Source of the DNA: an uncultured Candidatus Binatia bacterium
Lineage (GTDB): Bacteria > Desulfobacterota > Binatia > UBA9968 > CAXXLF01
NCBI GenBank assembly: GCA_965218425.1
Contig: OZ244621.1
Coordinates: 2,048,001-2,112,000 of the forward strand
DNA: 64,000 nt
Direction of reading: 5' to 3'
The translations under genes were made by a program, and so were the position numbers. Of this stretch, positions 42,004 through 52,232 are shown in pieces (positions within the stretch are counted from its first letter, which is position 1; every line of letters starts with the position of its first letter). The notes below the pieces were generated by a model. The model worked only from the letters and a program-made list of their open reading frames with translations, searched no databases and had not been told where the DNA came from.

Positions 42004-42489
42004 ATGGAGGAAGGCGCGAAAAAGACGGCATTGCGCATGATCCCGTATGGGATGTTCGTTTTGACTACGAAGGACGGTGACGGGAAAGATGTGAGCGCGG
42101 CCACCATTAACTGGGCGACACAGACTTCGTTCAAGCCGCCCCTGGTGGCCATTGGGGTCAAGGCCGACTCCGGTGTCCACCGGCATATCAAAGGCACCAG
42201 CGTCTTTGCTGTTAACGTGATTGGAAAGGATCAAAAAGATTTGGCCTTTAACTTCTTCAAACCTCACCAAGTTCAGGGGGACACCATCGGTGGCGAGAAA
42301 TTTCAGCTTGGTAAAGAAACCGGTTGTCCGTTGCTGCTAAATTCACCTGCATGGTGGGAGTGCAAGGTGGTGGGGGAAGTGGCAAAGGGAGATCATACCC
42401 TGTTTGTGGGGGAAGTGGTGGATGCAGGTGTGCGACGGGAGGACCAGACAATTCTGATGCGAGACCACGGCCTTAACTACGGTGGTTAG
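42004..42489 (+). CDS. Flavin reductase-like protein
   Basis: QTSFKPPLV, FAVNV, GDHTLFVGEV; GGAGG RBS. Confidence 0.9.
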   Translation: MEEGAKKTALRMIPYGMFVLTTKDGDGKDVSAATINWATQTSFKPPLVAIGVKADSGVHRHIKGTSVFAVNVIGKDQKDLAFNFFKPHQVQGDTIGGEKFQLGKETGCPLLLNSPAWWECKVVGEVAKGDHTLFVGEVVDAGVRREDQTILMRDHGLNYGG

Positions 42490-43366
42490 GTGGGCCCGCC
42501 CCGTTGCGATCGGATGGCCAGCTTGGTTGCAGCAAATGCCATTGGGTCGGGGCTTCCCGCACCATGGCTTCAAGAGCATGGGCGAGGCGTTGAGTTCGTA
42601 TTCGTAGGCGCTGTTCGAGACTTCCTGTGGTGGCTGGTTCAAGGGACGGGTAGACAACGGTCCGGTGGCCACACTCGGGTTGAAAATAGACAGCCAGGGG
42701 GAAAATAGGGGCCCCTGTCAGTTGTGCCAATGTGGCCGGGCCCGCGGGGAGCGTGGTTTCCTCGTTAAAGAACTGGACGGGGACTCCGGTGCCGGTGACG
42801 TCGCGATCGCTCAGGAGCGCCACCGCTCCTCCGGCCCGCAATCTCTTCACTAAAGCCCATGTGGAGGTGCCGCTTTCATCCGCAAAAAACACCTCGATTC
42901 CCAATTCCCTCTGCAACTCCACGACATATTCTCTAGTGCGTCGGCGGCCCGGGACCTGGACCACAACGGTGAGAGGGATCTGCTCCCGTAGTGCCACGGG
43001 TCCTGCCATGTCCCAGTTGCCCAGATGAGGGAAGGCCAGTATCATTCCCCGACCTAGGTCTCGAGCCTTGCGTAGTTGTTCGATTCCGTCAACTGTGATG
43101 TAATGGTCCACCTCCTTGACCCCGTGAGATCGGGTCCAGAATATCTCAGCCCAGTAGCGACCGTAATTGGCGAACACCTCTCTGGCTGCCTCACCGGGAT
43201 CGGCTCCGGATCCCAGCACCCGCCCCATATGTCGCATGGCCATTCGCATCCGTCGCCGGCAAAAATAGGAGGCAAGATAACCGCAGAAACGGCCCAATTT
43301 TATGGCAACAGGCTCAGACAGAAGTCCCGTCATGCCTGTTACGCTACGGATAAATAAATAATTCAC
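42473..43366 (-). CDS. PatA-like (phosphatidylinositol mannoside/lipid A) acyltransferase
   Basis: PHLGNWDMAG, DRDVTGTGVPVQFF, PAGPA, PTQWHLLQP; start uncertain (GTG 43366). Confidence 0.8.
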   Translation of the reverse strand: MNYLFIRSVTGMTGLLSEPVAIKLGRFCGYLASYFCRRRMRMAMRHMGRVLGSGADPGEAAREVFANYGRYWAEIFWTRSHGVKEVDHYITVDGIEQLRKARDLGRGMILAFPHLGNWDMAGPVALREQIPLTVVVQVPGRRRTREYVVELQRELGIEVFFADESGTSTWALVKRLRAGGAVALLSDRDVTGTGVPVQFFNEETTLPAGPATLAQLTGAPIFPLAVYFQPECGHRTVVYPSLEPATTGSLEQRLRIRTQRLAHALEAMVREAPTQWHLLQPSWPSDRNGAGPPNHRS

Positions 43367-43806
43367 AAGGTTAATCTCGTTAAGACCGTCGGGTCCCAAT
43401 CTAGTGGAAAGGCAGCAAGACGGTGAGGAAAGTGAGCCCTGAGATCGAACACATTCGATTTCCCTCGTACGGCCTGCTGAACTAACTCTATCCATATCAT
43501 ATTAGATCTTTGTTGACACCCACCAGGATGAGCAGGTAGTTTCCCGACTTGAACAGGTGGTTCTTGAAGTAAGTGGCCATAAGGCGACCGAGGGGTGAGT
43601 TCTGAAGAGCGCGGGCACAGGAACGTAGAGGTTGCGTTCAGGCCCGGGCGGCGAAAATCGCCGCCTTTGGAGTGGACAGGGTGGTGGCCTGCAAGGCACT
43701 GGCGCATTGCCCGGACTCGCAAGAGCTCGGCCCGAGGGTGCCCGGCTACATCATTTGTCTAGATACTGACGAACTCGATAGCTCAGTTAAAGGGAGGTTC
43801 TTCGTG

Positions 43807-45219
43807 ATGAAGATGTTTTTGGCAGGTCAGTGGGTAGAAAAACCGAGAGTGATTGAGGTGAAAAATCCCTACGACGGCACATTGATCGACACGGCGCCCA
43901 GAGGGGAAGGGTCCGATGTAGAACGTGCACTTGCCTTCGCCGAACAGGGGGCCAAGGTCATGGCGAGGCTGTCCGCCTATGAACGCTGGCGAATCCTCAG
44001 GAAAACGGCCGATCTGATTGCGGCGCGCACCGAAGAATTGGGACAGATAATATCGAAGGAAGAGGGGAAGATCATCGCCGAAGGTCGCGCAGAGGCTGGA
44101 CGAGCGGTGGAGACTCTTATGGGTTCGGCGGAGGAGGCAAAGAGGATCCATGGAGAGACCATCCCCCTGGATGGGGACCCAAGCGGTGTCAAAAAGCTAG
44201 GATTTACCCTGAGGGTGCCGTGTGGCGTGGTGGCGGCCATTAGCCCCTTTAACTTTCCCTTGAATTTGGTTTGTCATAAAGTTGGGCCAGCCCTGGCCGC
44301 GGGCAACTCGGTAATCATCAAGCCGGCAACGGATACGCCCCTCTCTGCCCTCAAACTCACCGAGATCCTCCTGGAAGCGGGGCTCCCCCCTGAAGGCGTA
44401 CAGTGCATTACCGGCCCGGGCGGCGAAATCGGTGATCGGCTGGTTTCAGATCATCGAGTGCGCAAGATTACCTTTACGGGCAGCCGGGACGTTGGGGAGC
44501 GGATTTGCCGCCTTGCGGGAATCAAGAAGGTGACCATGGAACTTGGTTCCAATTGTCCTTTGATCGTCATGCCGGACGCCGACCTGGAAAAAGTGGCTGC
44601 GGCCGTCGCTTCCACCGGGTATGCCAATGCCGGCCAGGTTTGCATTTCAACCCAGAGGGTCATCACGGCGGGCAAGGTCTATAGTGATTTTCTCAAAGTC
44701 TTAAATTCCAGGGTGGACGGCCTCACGACTGGAAACCAACTGGATGAAAAGACCAAGGTGGGTCCCATGATTCGTGAGGATGACGCCATCCGTGTGGATC
44801 AGTGGGTGCGGGAGGCCGTGGGAGGCGGGGCCCGCGTAACGGCAGGTGGGCGGAGACAGGGCGCCGTATACGCACCTACGGTGGTGGCCGATGTCAATCC
44901 GGAAATGCGAATTTCTTCCGATGAGCTGTTCGGCCCGGCGGTGGCGGTGACACCCTTCGAATCCATTGAGGAAGCCCTAGAGCTGGCAAACCGTACCGTC
45001 TACGGTCTGTCCGCCGGCATATTTACCGAAAACCTTGACTGGGCCATGAGATTCGCCCGGGAAGCGGAGTCGGGAAATCTTCACATCAACTGGGGCCCCC
45101 AATGGCGCGCGGACCTAATGCCTTATGGAGGGTTAAAGGATTCGGGATTTGGCAAAGAGGGACCCCGTTACGCCGTGGAAGAGATGACGGAACTAAAAAT
45201 GGTGGTCTTTCACCTATAG
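43807..45219 (+). CDS. NAD(P)-dependent aldehyde dehydrogenase
   Basis: PFNFP, FTGS, ELG, GQVCIS, ELFGP, YGGLKDSG; GGAGG RBS. Confidence 0.94.
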   Translation: MKMFLAGQWVEKPRVIEVKNPYDGTLIDTAPRGEGSDVERALAFAEQGAKVMARLSAYERWRILRKTADLIAARTEELGQIISKEEGKIIAEGRAEAGRAVETLMGSAEEAKRIHGETIPLDGDPSGVKKLGFTLRVPCGVVAAISPFNFPLNLVCHKVGPALAAGNSVIIKPATDTPLSALKLTEILLEAGLPPEGVQCITGPGGEIGDRLVSDHRVRKITFTGSRDVGERICRLAGIKKVTMELGSNCPLIVMPDADLEKVAAAVASTGYANAGQVCISTQRVITAGKVYSDFLKVLNSRVDGLTTGNQLDEKTKVGPMIREDDAIRVDQWVREAVGGGARVTAGGRRQGAVYAPTVVADVNPEMRISSDELFGPAVAVTPFESIEEALELANRTVYGLSAGIFTENLDWAMRFAREAESGNLHINWGPQWRADLMPYGGLKDSGFGKEGPRYAVEEMTELKMVVFHL

Positions 45220-45235
45220 CGCGGAGACTCTAACG

Positions 45236-46687
45236 GTGAAGGATATAGACCGGATAGCCAAGGAGCTGCTTGCTGTGGTTGGCAAGGACGGGGTTGTGGT
45301 GGACCCCGATGAGCTCAGGGTCTACGAAACGGATGGTTTGACTGTTTTTAAAGCCCGTCCAGACATCGTCGTTCTGCCGCGCTCTGCAGAGGAAGTTGGC
45401 AGGGTGGTGGAGGTCTGTCACCGAGAGCGATGCCCCTTCGTGGCGAGGGGCGCGGGGACCGGGTTGTCTGGGGGCGCCCTCCCGTTGGATGGTGGAGTCT
45501 TGATCGGTCTCAACCGTGTCAACCGGATCTTAGAAATCGACTTGAGGGATCAGCGCGCCGTGGTGGAGCCCGGTATGGTCAATATCTGGCTTACGAATTC
45601 TCTCGCACCGCGGAACTACTATTATTCTCCCGATCCGGCCAGCCAGACCGCATGCAGTATAGGGGGCAACGTGGCAGAAAACTCCGGGGGGCCCCGCACG
45701 CCGAAGTATGGCGTCACCACCAATCACGTCCTCGGCTTGGAAGTGATCCTCCCCACGGGCAAAGTGGTTCAAATTGGAGGAAAGACCTTGGATCCCCCTG
45801 GCTATGATTTGACCGGGGTCTTTGTGGGTTCCGAGGGGACCCTAGGGATTGCCAGTAAGGTAATCGTGCGTATTATGCGCAAACCGGAAGCGGTTCAAAC
45901 TCTGTTGGGCGTCTTCGAGACCATTGAAGATGCCTCCGCCGCCGTTTCCGGGATCGTGGCCCGAGGGATTGTTCCGGCAGCCGTGGAGATGATGGATAAC
46001 CTGAGTATACGGGCCGTAGAGAAGGGAGTGGGCGCGGGCTATCCCCTCAATGCGGGGGCGGTTTTACTCATCGAAGTGGACGGGCCGAAAGATGAAGTGG
46101 CGGCCGTGGTGGACCCCATAATTGAGGTCTGCCGAGAAAACCGAGTGCGAGAAGTGAGAGTGGCCAAAGATGAAAATGATCGATTGCAACTCTGGAAGGG
46201 TCGAAAATCCGCCTTTGCCTCAATGGGTCGGTTGGGTCCCGATTACTATGTCCAGGACACCGTCATCCCGAGGACGAAGCTCCCTCCCATCATGAAGATG
46301 ATCGAGGAGCTTTCCCGAAAGTATGGCCTGCGAGTTGCCAATGTGTTTCACGCAGGTGACGGCAACCTCCATCCCCTGATGCTCTACGACTCTCGCAACG
46401 AAGGGGAACTGCGCAAGGCGGAGGAAATGGGAAGCGAGATTATTAGGGCCTGTATCGATATGGGAGGGAGTCTCACGGGTGAGCACGGCATCGGGCTGGA
46501 GAAACGGGAATACATGCCCATGATGTACACGGATGACGATCTGGAGGCCATGGCCAAGGTCAAAAGAGTCTTTGACCCCGACGGATTGCTGAACCCCGGA
46601 AAGATTTTCCCCTCAACGAACTCGAATCACACGACAGGGATATCGACGCAAAGTGATATTTTGCACAGGGTGTTGGGACACCATTAA
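45236..46687 (+). CDS. glcD: Glycolate oxidase FAD subunit GlcD-like
   Basis: RGAGTGLSGG, PDPAS, GSEGTLG, FHAGDGNLHP, GEHGIG, LNPGK. Confidence 0.88.
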   Translation: MKDIDRIAKELLAVVGKDGVVVDPDELRVYETDGLTVFKARPDIVVLPRSAEEVGRVVEVCHRERCPFVARGAGTGLSGGALPLDGGVLIGLNRVNRILEIDLRDQRAVVEPGMVNIWLTNSLAPRNYYYSPDPASQTACSIGGNVAENSGGPRTPKYGVTTNHVLGLEVILPTGKVVQIGGKTLDPPGYDLTGVFVGSEGTLGIASKVIVRIMRKPEAVQTLLGVFETIEDASAAVSGIVARGIVPAAVEMMDNLSIRAVEKGVGAGYPLNAGAVLLIEVDGPKDEVAAVVDPIIEVCRENRVREVRVAKDENDRLQLWKGRKSAFASMGRLGPDYYVQDTVIPRTKLPPIMKMIEELSRKYGLRVANVFHAGDGNLHPLMLYDSRNEGELRKAEEMGSEIIRACIDMGGSLTGEHGIGLEKREYMPMMYTDDDLEAMAKVKRVFDPDGLLNPGKIFPSTNSNHTTGISTQSDILHRVLGHH

Positions 46688-46696
46688 GCGTCAATC

Positions 46697-48055
46697 GTGC
46701 ACTCTCAAAAGAAACTGCTGGGACGATTGAACGAAATTGTGGGCGAGGCGAATGTTGTGGCAGGTGATGGGGTTTCCGCCTGCGCTGTTGATGGAAAAGT
46801 GCCTCAGGCCATGGCCTTCCCGGCATCGGTGGAAGAAGTCTCAGCGCTCATGGCCTTTGCCTCGACTGAAGGGCTTAGGGTAACCCCGTGGGGGAGTGGA
46901 ACGAAGATCAGCCTCGGAACGGCTCCAGATGGAGTTGATCTTGTCCTTGGTCTTTTCCGCCTCAGCGCATTGGTGGCCCACGAACCGGCCGATATGACTG
47001 CCACCTTCCAAGCGGGCATCGCACTCAGAGAGGCACAGGAGATGCTCGCACATAGCGGACAGTTTATCGCCCTCGATCCCCCATATTTCGAAAAGGCAAC
47101 CATCGGTGGGATCTTGGCGACCAATTCCAGCGGGCCTCGGAGGCTTCGCTATGGAAGTGCCAGGGATCTATTGATTGCCGTCCGGGTCGTGCAAGCCGAC
47201 GGCAAGATCATCAAAGGCGGGGCGAAGGTGGTGAAGAGTGTTAGTGGCTACGACATGAATAAGCTTTTTATCGGCTCGCTGGGGACCTTGGGGATAATCG
47301 CGGAAGCCACCTTCCGGCTATACCCGGTTCCCAACGTTGAAAAGACCTGCCTGATTCCATTTGCTTCAGTGGATGGCGCATGTGAAGTGGTTGCCAGGGT
47401 TCTCGATTCTTCCCTGCTTCCCTCTGCCGTGGAGCTGCTCTGCCCCGTGGCCTCGCGTCTGGCGGTTGGTCCGGCGGGTCTTTCTTGGCCGCAAGATCGT
47501 TATGGCCTGGCGCTGGCCATCGGTAGCGTGAGTCCAGAGGCGGTTGACGCCCAGCTCGAAGGAGTGGCGCGGATCTCCGGAAATGATCAGGGCAACGAGG
47601 GGTACAGATTGGAGGGCCGGGACCATGATTCCTTCTGGCGGGCGACATGCGGGATTTCCATGGGAGATCACTTCCAAACCGTCCTCAAGTCAAGTGTCCT
47701 CATAAGTCGAGTAGCCGACGCGGTGAGGTTAGGGCAAAATTTGGCTGCGCACCTGGGTCTGGACGTTGCCATCGTAGCCGAGGCGGGTTCTGGAATCGTC
47801 CGATACCATTTTGCCCGTCAAGGGGACGCCTCCCTTGGGCTTCATCAAGGGGTCGGCGAAGCCGTGAATCAGCTTCGAACCTTCGCTCAAGACTGTGGAG
47901 GGAGCCTCGTCGTTACCGAGGCGCCGCCCGATGTAAAAGGTGATGTCGATGTCTGGGGTCCGGTGGGGAGCGCTCTTCTTTTAATGCAGGGGCTTAAAAG
48001 GCAGTTCGATCCAAAAAGAATTTTGAATCCGGGAAGATTCGTGGGAGGAATCTAA
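46697..48055 (+). CDS. glcE: Glycolate oxidase FAD subunit GlcE-like
   Basis: GPRRLRYG, GGAKVVKSVSGYD, FDPKRILNPGR; lies between glcD and glcF. Confidence 0.85.
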   Translation: MHSQKKLLGRLNEIVGEANVVAGDGVSACAVDGKVPQAMAFPASVEEVSALMAFASTEGLRVTPWGSGTKISLGTAPDGVDLVLGLFRLSALVAHEPADMTATFQAGIALREAQEMLAHSGQFIALDPPYFEKATIGGILATNSSGPRRLRYGSARDLLIAVRVVQADGKIIKGGAKVVKSVSGYDMNKLFIGSLGTLGIIAEATFRLYPVPNVEKTCLIPFASVDGACEVVARVLDSSLLPSAVELLCPVASRLAVGPAGLSWPQDRYGLALAIGSVSPEAVDAQLEGVARISGNDQGNEGYRLEGRDHDSFWRATCGISMGDHFQTVLKSSVLISRVADAVRLGQNLAAHLGLDVAIVAEAGSGIVRYHFARQGDASLGLHQGVGEAVNQLRTFAQDCGGSLVVTEAPPDVKGDVDVWGPVGSALLLMQGLKRQFDPKRILNPGRFVGGI

Positions 48056-48117
48056 CGCAAGACAGATAGCGGTAAGGCGCCGGTCGGTTCTGAGTAGCGA
48101 GTTTGTATACTACTTAG

Positions 48118-48680
48118 GTTCTCCTCGGGGAGCGATTCTCCGGCCGTGGGCAACAGGCCGGTGAATATCTGAAGCTTCACGTTCGATGCCCACGGCCTTA
48201 CGTCTCGCTCCCCTGCGTCGCTGATTGCCATCGGGCGCAGGGGGCCCGGCGCGAAGAAAGGGAGACGTCCGATACTGGAGGTTCGAAGCGCATTGGCATG
48301 ACGGATAAAATGACGCGGCCTCGAGGCATGAACCTGTCGGCTCCCGCTGAGGGCAGGCCCCCGAGCCCAGAAATTCGCGGTTTTGTAAACGGCGCGCTGA
48401 GCGGGTTTGGGGCTGAACGCTGAGGGCTGGACCAAGAGCGCCAAGAATAGATTTCAATACAAATTCGAATAACCAAAGTACAAAACAAAAGTATCAACCG
48501 GTTTGTCTTAAGTAGCCGTCTTTTCGTACTTGCAAGAAATGTCAGAGCGCTTGTTCAATGTTTTGAGCATTAATCATTTGAGATTGTGGAATTGTTTAGG
48601 AATTCGTGCTTCGAGTTTGGGATGTTGACTCGAGGCGGTCTTCGCGCGGAATACTTTAGCGAGGTCGTTCTGTTTAACAT
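48118..48680. repeat. Non-coding insert of palindromic MITE-like elements between glcE and glcF
   Basis: Nested inverted repeats; 39-nt motif shared with 51752-51790; heptamer element shared with 36305-36495. Confidence 0.55.
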
Positions 48681-48703
48681 CCAATCGGCAGAGAGCTAAA
48701 AAT

Positions 48704-50005
48704 ATGGACCAACGTGAGCAGCCCGCAAGCGCCTTCCATCGGCTGGACCGGCCTGACTCCGAGCTCTACTTGGACTGTGTGCACTGCGGATTCTGTCTTC
48801 CCGCCTGTCCCACCTATCTCGTGCTCGGTAACGAGATGGACAATCCGAGGGGGCGCATCTATCTCATCCGGGCGGCTTCAGAGGGTAAGATCAAGATCAC
48901 CGACAACTTCGTCAAGCATATGGATCTCTGTCTGCTCTGTCGTAATTGCGAGACGGCCTGTCCCTCCGGGGTGAAGTTTGGTTTCCTTATGGAGTCGGCC
49001 AAGGGGCAAATTGAAACCCATTATAAGTACGCTCCTGTGGAACGATGGTTCCGTGAATTCATCCTCGGCACCTTTACCCACATAGGTCGTTTAAACGCCA
49101 TGAGCAGACTGCTGCGTTATTATCAGAGATCTGGACTCCAGAGAGTAGTGCGGAGCTCTGGGTTATTGAACCTGTTGGGCCGGGCGGGTCGGATGGAAGC
49201 CCTTCTTCCTCCCGTTGCCAAAGTGAGCGAGGATCTGCCTGCGGTGATGCCTGCCCGAGGTGAGAGCCGTGGCCGGGTGGGTCTCCTGCTGGGATGCGTC
49301 CAACGTTATTTTTTCCCCGGGGTGAATATTGCAACGGCGCGGGCCTTGAGGGAGTACGGGTATGACGTCGTGGTGCCGAAGCGGCAGGGCTGCTGCGGCT
49401 CGCTTCTTGTCCACGAAGGCGCGAGGGAAAGGGCCAAGGAGTTGGCAAAGAAAACCATGGATGTCTTTGAACAGTCGGGAGTGGACATGATCGCAGTCAA
49501 CGCTGCGGGGTGCGGCTCGGTTATGAAAGAGTACTGGGAACTGTTCCAAGGCGACCCGGCCTACTCTCAAAGGGCCGAAGCCTTTAGTAAGAGGGTGTTT
49601 GACGTGTCCCAGATCCTGGCCCAACAACCCCTTGCCGTGGGTCTTGGAAGGCTTGACCTTACGGTCACCTATCATGACGCCTGCCATCTCGCCCATGGGC
49701 AGAGGGTTAGGCAGGAACCCAGGTCCCTCTTGCAGGCAATTCCCGGGCTTCGACTCGTGGAGCTTAGGGAGTCTGACTTCTGTTGTGGTAGCGCAGGAAT
49801 CTACAATCTACTTCACCCGGAATTGGCCCAGGAGTTCCTCCATAGAAAGATCGAGCGAATCAAAGAAACGGGCGCCGATGTGGTGGTGAGCGGTAATCCG
49901 GGTTGCTCTCTCCAGATGGAAATGGGCCTGAAACAACAGGGCATGAACCTTGCGGTGCTGCATCCAGTGGAGCTTATCGACCGGTCGTTACATGGCAAGG
50001 GGTGA
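48704..50005 (+). CDS. glcF: Glycolate oxidase Fe-S subunit GlcF-like
   Basis: CVHCGFCLPACP, CLLCRNCETACP, two CCG domains. Confidence 0.88.
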   Translation: MDQREQPASAFHRLDRPDSELYLDCVHCGFCLPACPTYLVLGNEMDNPRGRIYLIRAASEGKIKITDNFVKHMDLCLLCRNCETACPSGVKFGFLMESAKGQIETHYKYAPVERWFREFILGTFTHIGRLNAMSRLLRYYQRSGLQRVVRSSGLLNLLGRAGRMEALLPPVAKVSEDLPAVMPARGESRGRVGLLLGCVQRYFFPGVNIATARALREYGYDVVVPKRQGCCGSLLVHEGARERAKELAKKTMDVFEQSGVDMIAVNAAGCGSVMKEYWELFQGDPAYSQRAEAFSKRVFDVSQILAQQPLAVGLGRLDLTVTYHDACHLAHGQRVRQEPRSLLQAIPGLRLVELRESDFCCGSAGIYNLLHPELAQEFLHRKIERIKETGADVVVSGNPGCSLQMEMGLKQQGMNLAVLHPVELIDRSLHGKG

Positions 50006-50009
50006 GGAA

Positions 50010-50288
50010 ATGTATAAAGCTATCGATCTTTCAAAGGCCGTGCCTCCGAACACGGTAGCCATAACCTTTCGTTACGAGATCACAAGCGGCGCTGAAGAAG
50101 CGCTCCCTGTGGCCTGGCTGGCGGACAACGTCCATGGAGAGAACCCCATCCGTTTGGCCGGTGGTTCTGGCCGTGTTACAGTCCGTTTGCAGACGTCGCA
50201 AAAACTCTACTACAACCTTGCCGGTTTGCCCTCCCACCTGAACCTGTGGATTGTGGAATGTAGGGAGCTTGGAAGGCAAGCTTGTTAG
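50010..50288 (+). CDS. Hypothetical protein (92 aa)
   Basis: ATG 4 nt after the glcF stop with a GAGG RBS; no family recognised. Confidence 0.55.
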   Translation: MYKAIDLSKAVPPNTVAITFRYEITSGAEEALPVAWLADNVHGENPIRLAGGSGRVTVRLQTSQKLYYNLAGLPSHLNLWIVECRELGRQAC

Positions 50289-50343
50289 ACGCTATCTCTT
50301 TTTGAGGTCGATTGATTCCTCCTGCGCAGCAAAAGGATATTGC

Positions 50344-51066
50344 ATGAGGGCGGACGGAAGAAAAGAAAAAGAACTTAGACCGGTCTCCATTACACCGGGT
50401 TTTATTAAGCACGCCGACGGTTCGGCCCTGATTGAGGTGGGTGCTACACGGGTCATCTGCACTGCCAAGGTGGAGAGCAAGGTGCCCGTTTTTCTGCGCA
50501 ACACCGGCAAGGGTTGGATCACCGCAGAGTATGGAATGCTTCCCTCCTCATCACCGGTCCGTATCCCGCGTGAAGCCGCCAGGGGCAGGGTCGGGGGAAG
50601 AACCCACGAAATTCAAAGGCTCATCGGTCGAAGCCTGCGGGCCATCGCCAATCTAGAGTCCTTGGGAGAAAGGACCGTCTGGATCGACTGCGATGTGATT
50701 CAGGCGGACGGCGGCACACGCACGGCATCCATCACCGGGGCCTATGTTGCCCTGGTGGAAGCGGTGCGCCGATCATCGGAAAAGGGGTTCACGGAAGATA
50801 GTCTCATCAAGGATACGGTTGCGGCCGTTAGTGTGGGAATGGTGGACGGCAAGGTGCTTCTAGACCTCAACGCGCAAGAGGACAGTCACGCGGAGGTGGA
50901 CATGAACTTTGTGGTGACCGGATCGGGAAAATTCGTCGAGGTGCAGGGGACGGCGGAACTCACCCCGTTTAGCAAGGCGAAACTGGACCGTATGCTCGAG
51001 GTTGCCCAGAAGGGGATTCGGGAACTTCTGCAGAGGCAACAAAAAGTTCTCAAGTCCGTTGCCTAG
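50344..51066 (+). CDS. rph: Ribonuclease PH
   Basis: [40 protein letters not shown]. Confidence 0.97.
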   Translation: MRADGRKEKELRPVSITPGFIKHADGSALIEVGATRVICTAKVESKVPVFLRNTGKGWITAEYGMLPSSSPVRIPREAARGRVGGRTHEIQRLIGRSLRAIANLESLGERTVWIDCDVIQADGGTRTASITGAYVALVEAVRRSSEKGFTEDSLIKDTVAAVSVGMVDGKVLLDLNAQEDSHAEVDMNFVVTGSGKFVEVQGTAELTPFSKAKLDRMLEVAQKGIRELLQRQQKVLKSVA

Positions 51067-51077
51067 GCCTTGGTTCC

Positions 51078-51692
51078 GTGGCCGTCCTACTAGTGGGAAC
51101 AACCAATGCGGGGAAGCTTCGCGAAGCAACCTCGATCCTGTCCAATCTTCCGTTGCGGCTCCTTTCCCTCGCAGAATTTGTCACCTGGCCAAAGGTGGTG
51201 GAAGACGGCAACAGCTTCGAAGAAAACGCTCTCAAGAAAGCGCGCATCTTGGCTGATTTCTCCGGTTACGTTACCCTGGCGGACGATTCAGGGCTGGAGG
51301 TGAGTGCCCTGGGAGGGGCGCCCGGCGTACGGTCGGCGCGTTTGTGCGGGGAAGAGGGCAACGATGAGAAAAACAACGAGTTGCTGTTGCAAGAATTGGA
51401 CGGGGTTTCGGAGGAAAAGAGAGACGCTCGTTTCGTGTGTGTGATTGCGTTTTGTGAGCCCCGAGCCTCCGGCGGCAAGCAATACCTTTTTCGCGGGGAA
51501 TGCGAGGGAAGGATCGCTTTGTCCCCCAAGGGGGAGGAAGGGTTTGGTTATGATCCGCTCTTTTTCTATCCTCCCATGGGCCTGACCTTTGCCCAACTGG
51601 ACTCGAAAACCAAAAACCGGGTGAGCCATCGCGGAAAGGCACTGAGGAAGCTAAAGGAAGAGCTGCCTTTGCATGTTCCCCTTGGACGGTAA
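51078..51692 (+). CDS. rdgB: dITP/XTP pyrophosphatase
   Basis: TTNAGK, ADDSGL, PGVRSAR, GFGYDP, SHRGKA. Confidence 0.96.
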   Translation: MAVLLVGTTNAGKLREATSILSNLPLRLLSLAEFVTWPKVVEDGNSFEENALKKARILADFSGYVTLADDSGLEVSALGGAPGVRSARLCGEEGNDEKNNELLLQELDGVSEEKRDARFVCVIAFCEPRASGGKQYLFRGECEGRIALSPKGEEGFGYDPLFFYPPMGLTFAQLDSKTKNRVSHRGKALRKLKEELPLHVPLGR

Positions 51693-51751
51693 CCGGCTCT
51701 CCTTCAAGATGATCATTTCTGTCAGAGCTATGGCTGATGTCGGGCGCCAAT

Positions 51752-51790
51752 CTCCCCAGCGTCGCACTCCGGTTTGGGGCGCAGGGGGCC
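51752..51790. repeat. Second copy of a 39-nt hairpin motif
   Basis: CTCCCC(A/T)GCGTCGC-N11-GGGCGCAGGGGGCC, also at 48208-48246. Confidence 0.7.
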
Positions 51791-51944
51791 TGGCCGCCGA
51801 GGCTGTCGAAGTTCTTGACCCGTTGGCGCCCCTATATTTGAGATGCAGGCAAACGAACGTTGACCCCGATCATGACCTGTGCACTTTAGTCACTTCCGTT
51901 CTTCGACGGTGCGAAACAGTATTCAATCAGGGTTACCTTCAGGG

Positions 51945-51972
51945 TTGAAATCGTCTCGTCCGAGTGTACAAT
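51945..51972 (+). promoter_or_regulatory. Sigma70 promoter for the tRNA cluster
   Basis: TTGAAA-N16-TACAAT ending 17 nt before tRNA-Pro. Confidence 0.55.
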
Positions 51973-51989
51973 TAGCTGCTTGGTCCTGA

Positions 51990-52066
51990 CGGGGCGTAGC
52001 GCAGCCAGGTAGCGCACCTGCCTTGGGAGCAGGGGGTCGGCCGTTCAAATCGGCTCGCCCCGACCA
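51990..52066 (+). tRNA. tRNA-Pro(TGG)
   Basis: Cloverleaf; anticodon arm CCTGC-CTTGGGA-GCAGG; GTTCAAAT; CCA end. Confidence 0.97.
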
Positions 52067-52139
52067 AACTTCAGTTGGCAGCAGGCAGGTTAAAGCCTGC
52101 TTTTGGTCTTCCGCCGTCTGCATCCTGCGAACTTATCTG

Positions 52140-52216
52140 GCGCCAGTAGCTCAGGTGGATAGAGCAACGGCCTTCTAAGCCGTAGGTCGGGGGTTCGAAT
52201 CCCTTCTGGCGCGCCA
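52140..52216 (+). tRNA. tRNA-Arg(TCT)
   Basis: Anticodon arm ACGGC-CTTCTAA-GCCGT; GTTCGAAT; CCA end. Confidence 0.97.
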
Positions 52217-52232
52217 AAATGGCAGGAGATGT

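Noticed and set aside
43443..43458. ATCGAA-CACA-TTCGAT palindrome as a LexA box
   Set aside because: Spacing does not fit GAAC-N4-GTTC and the adjacent genes are not SOS genes.
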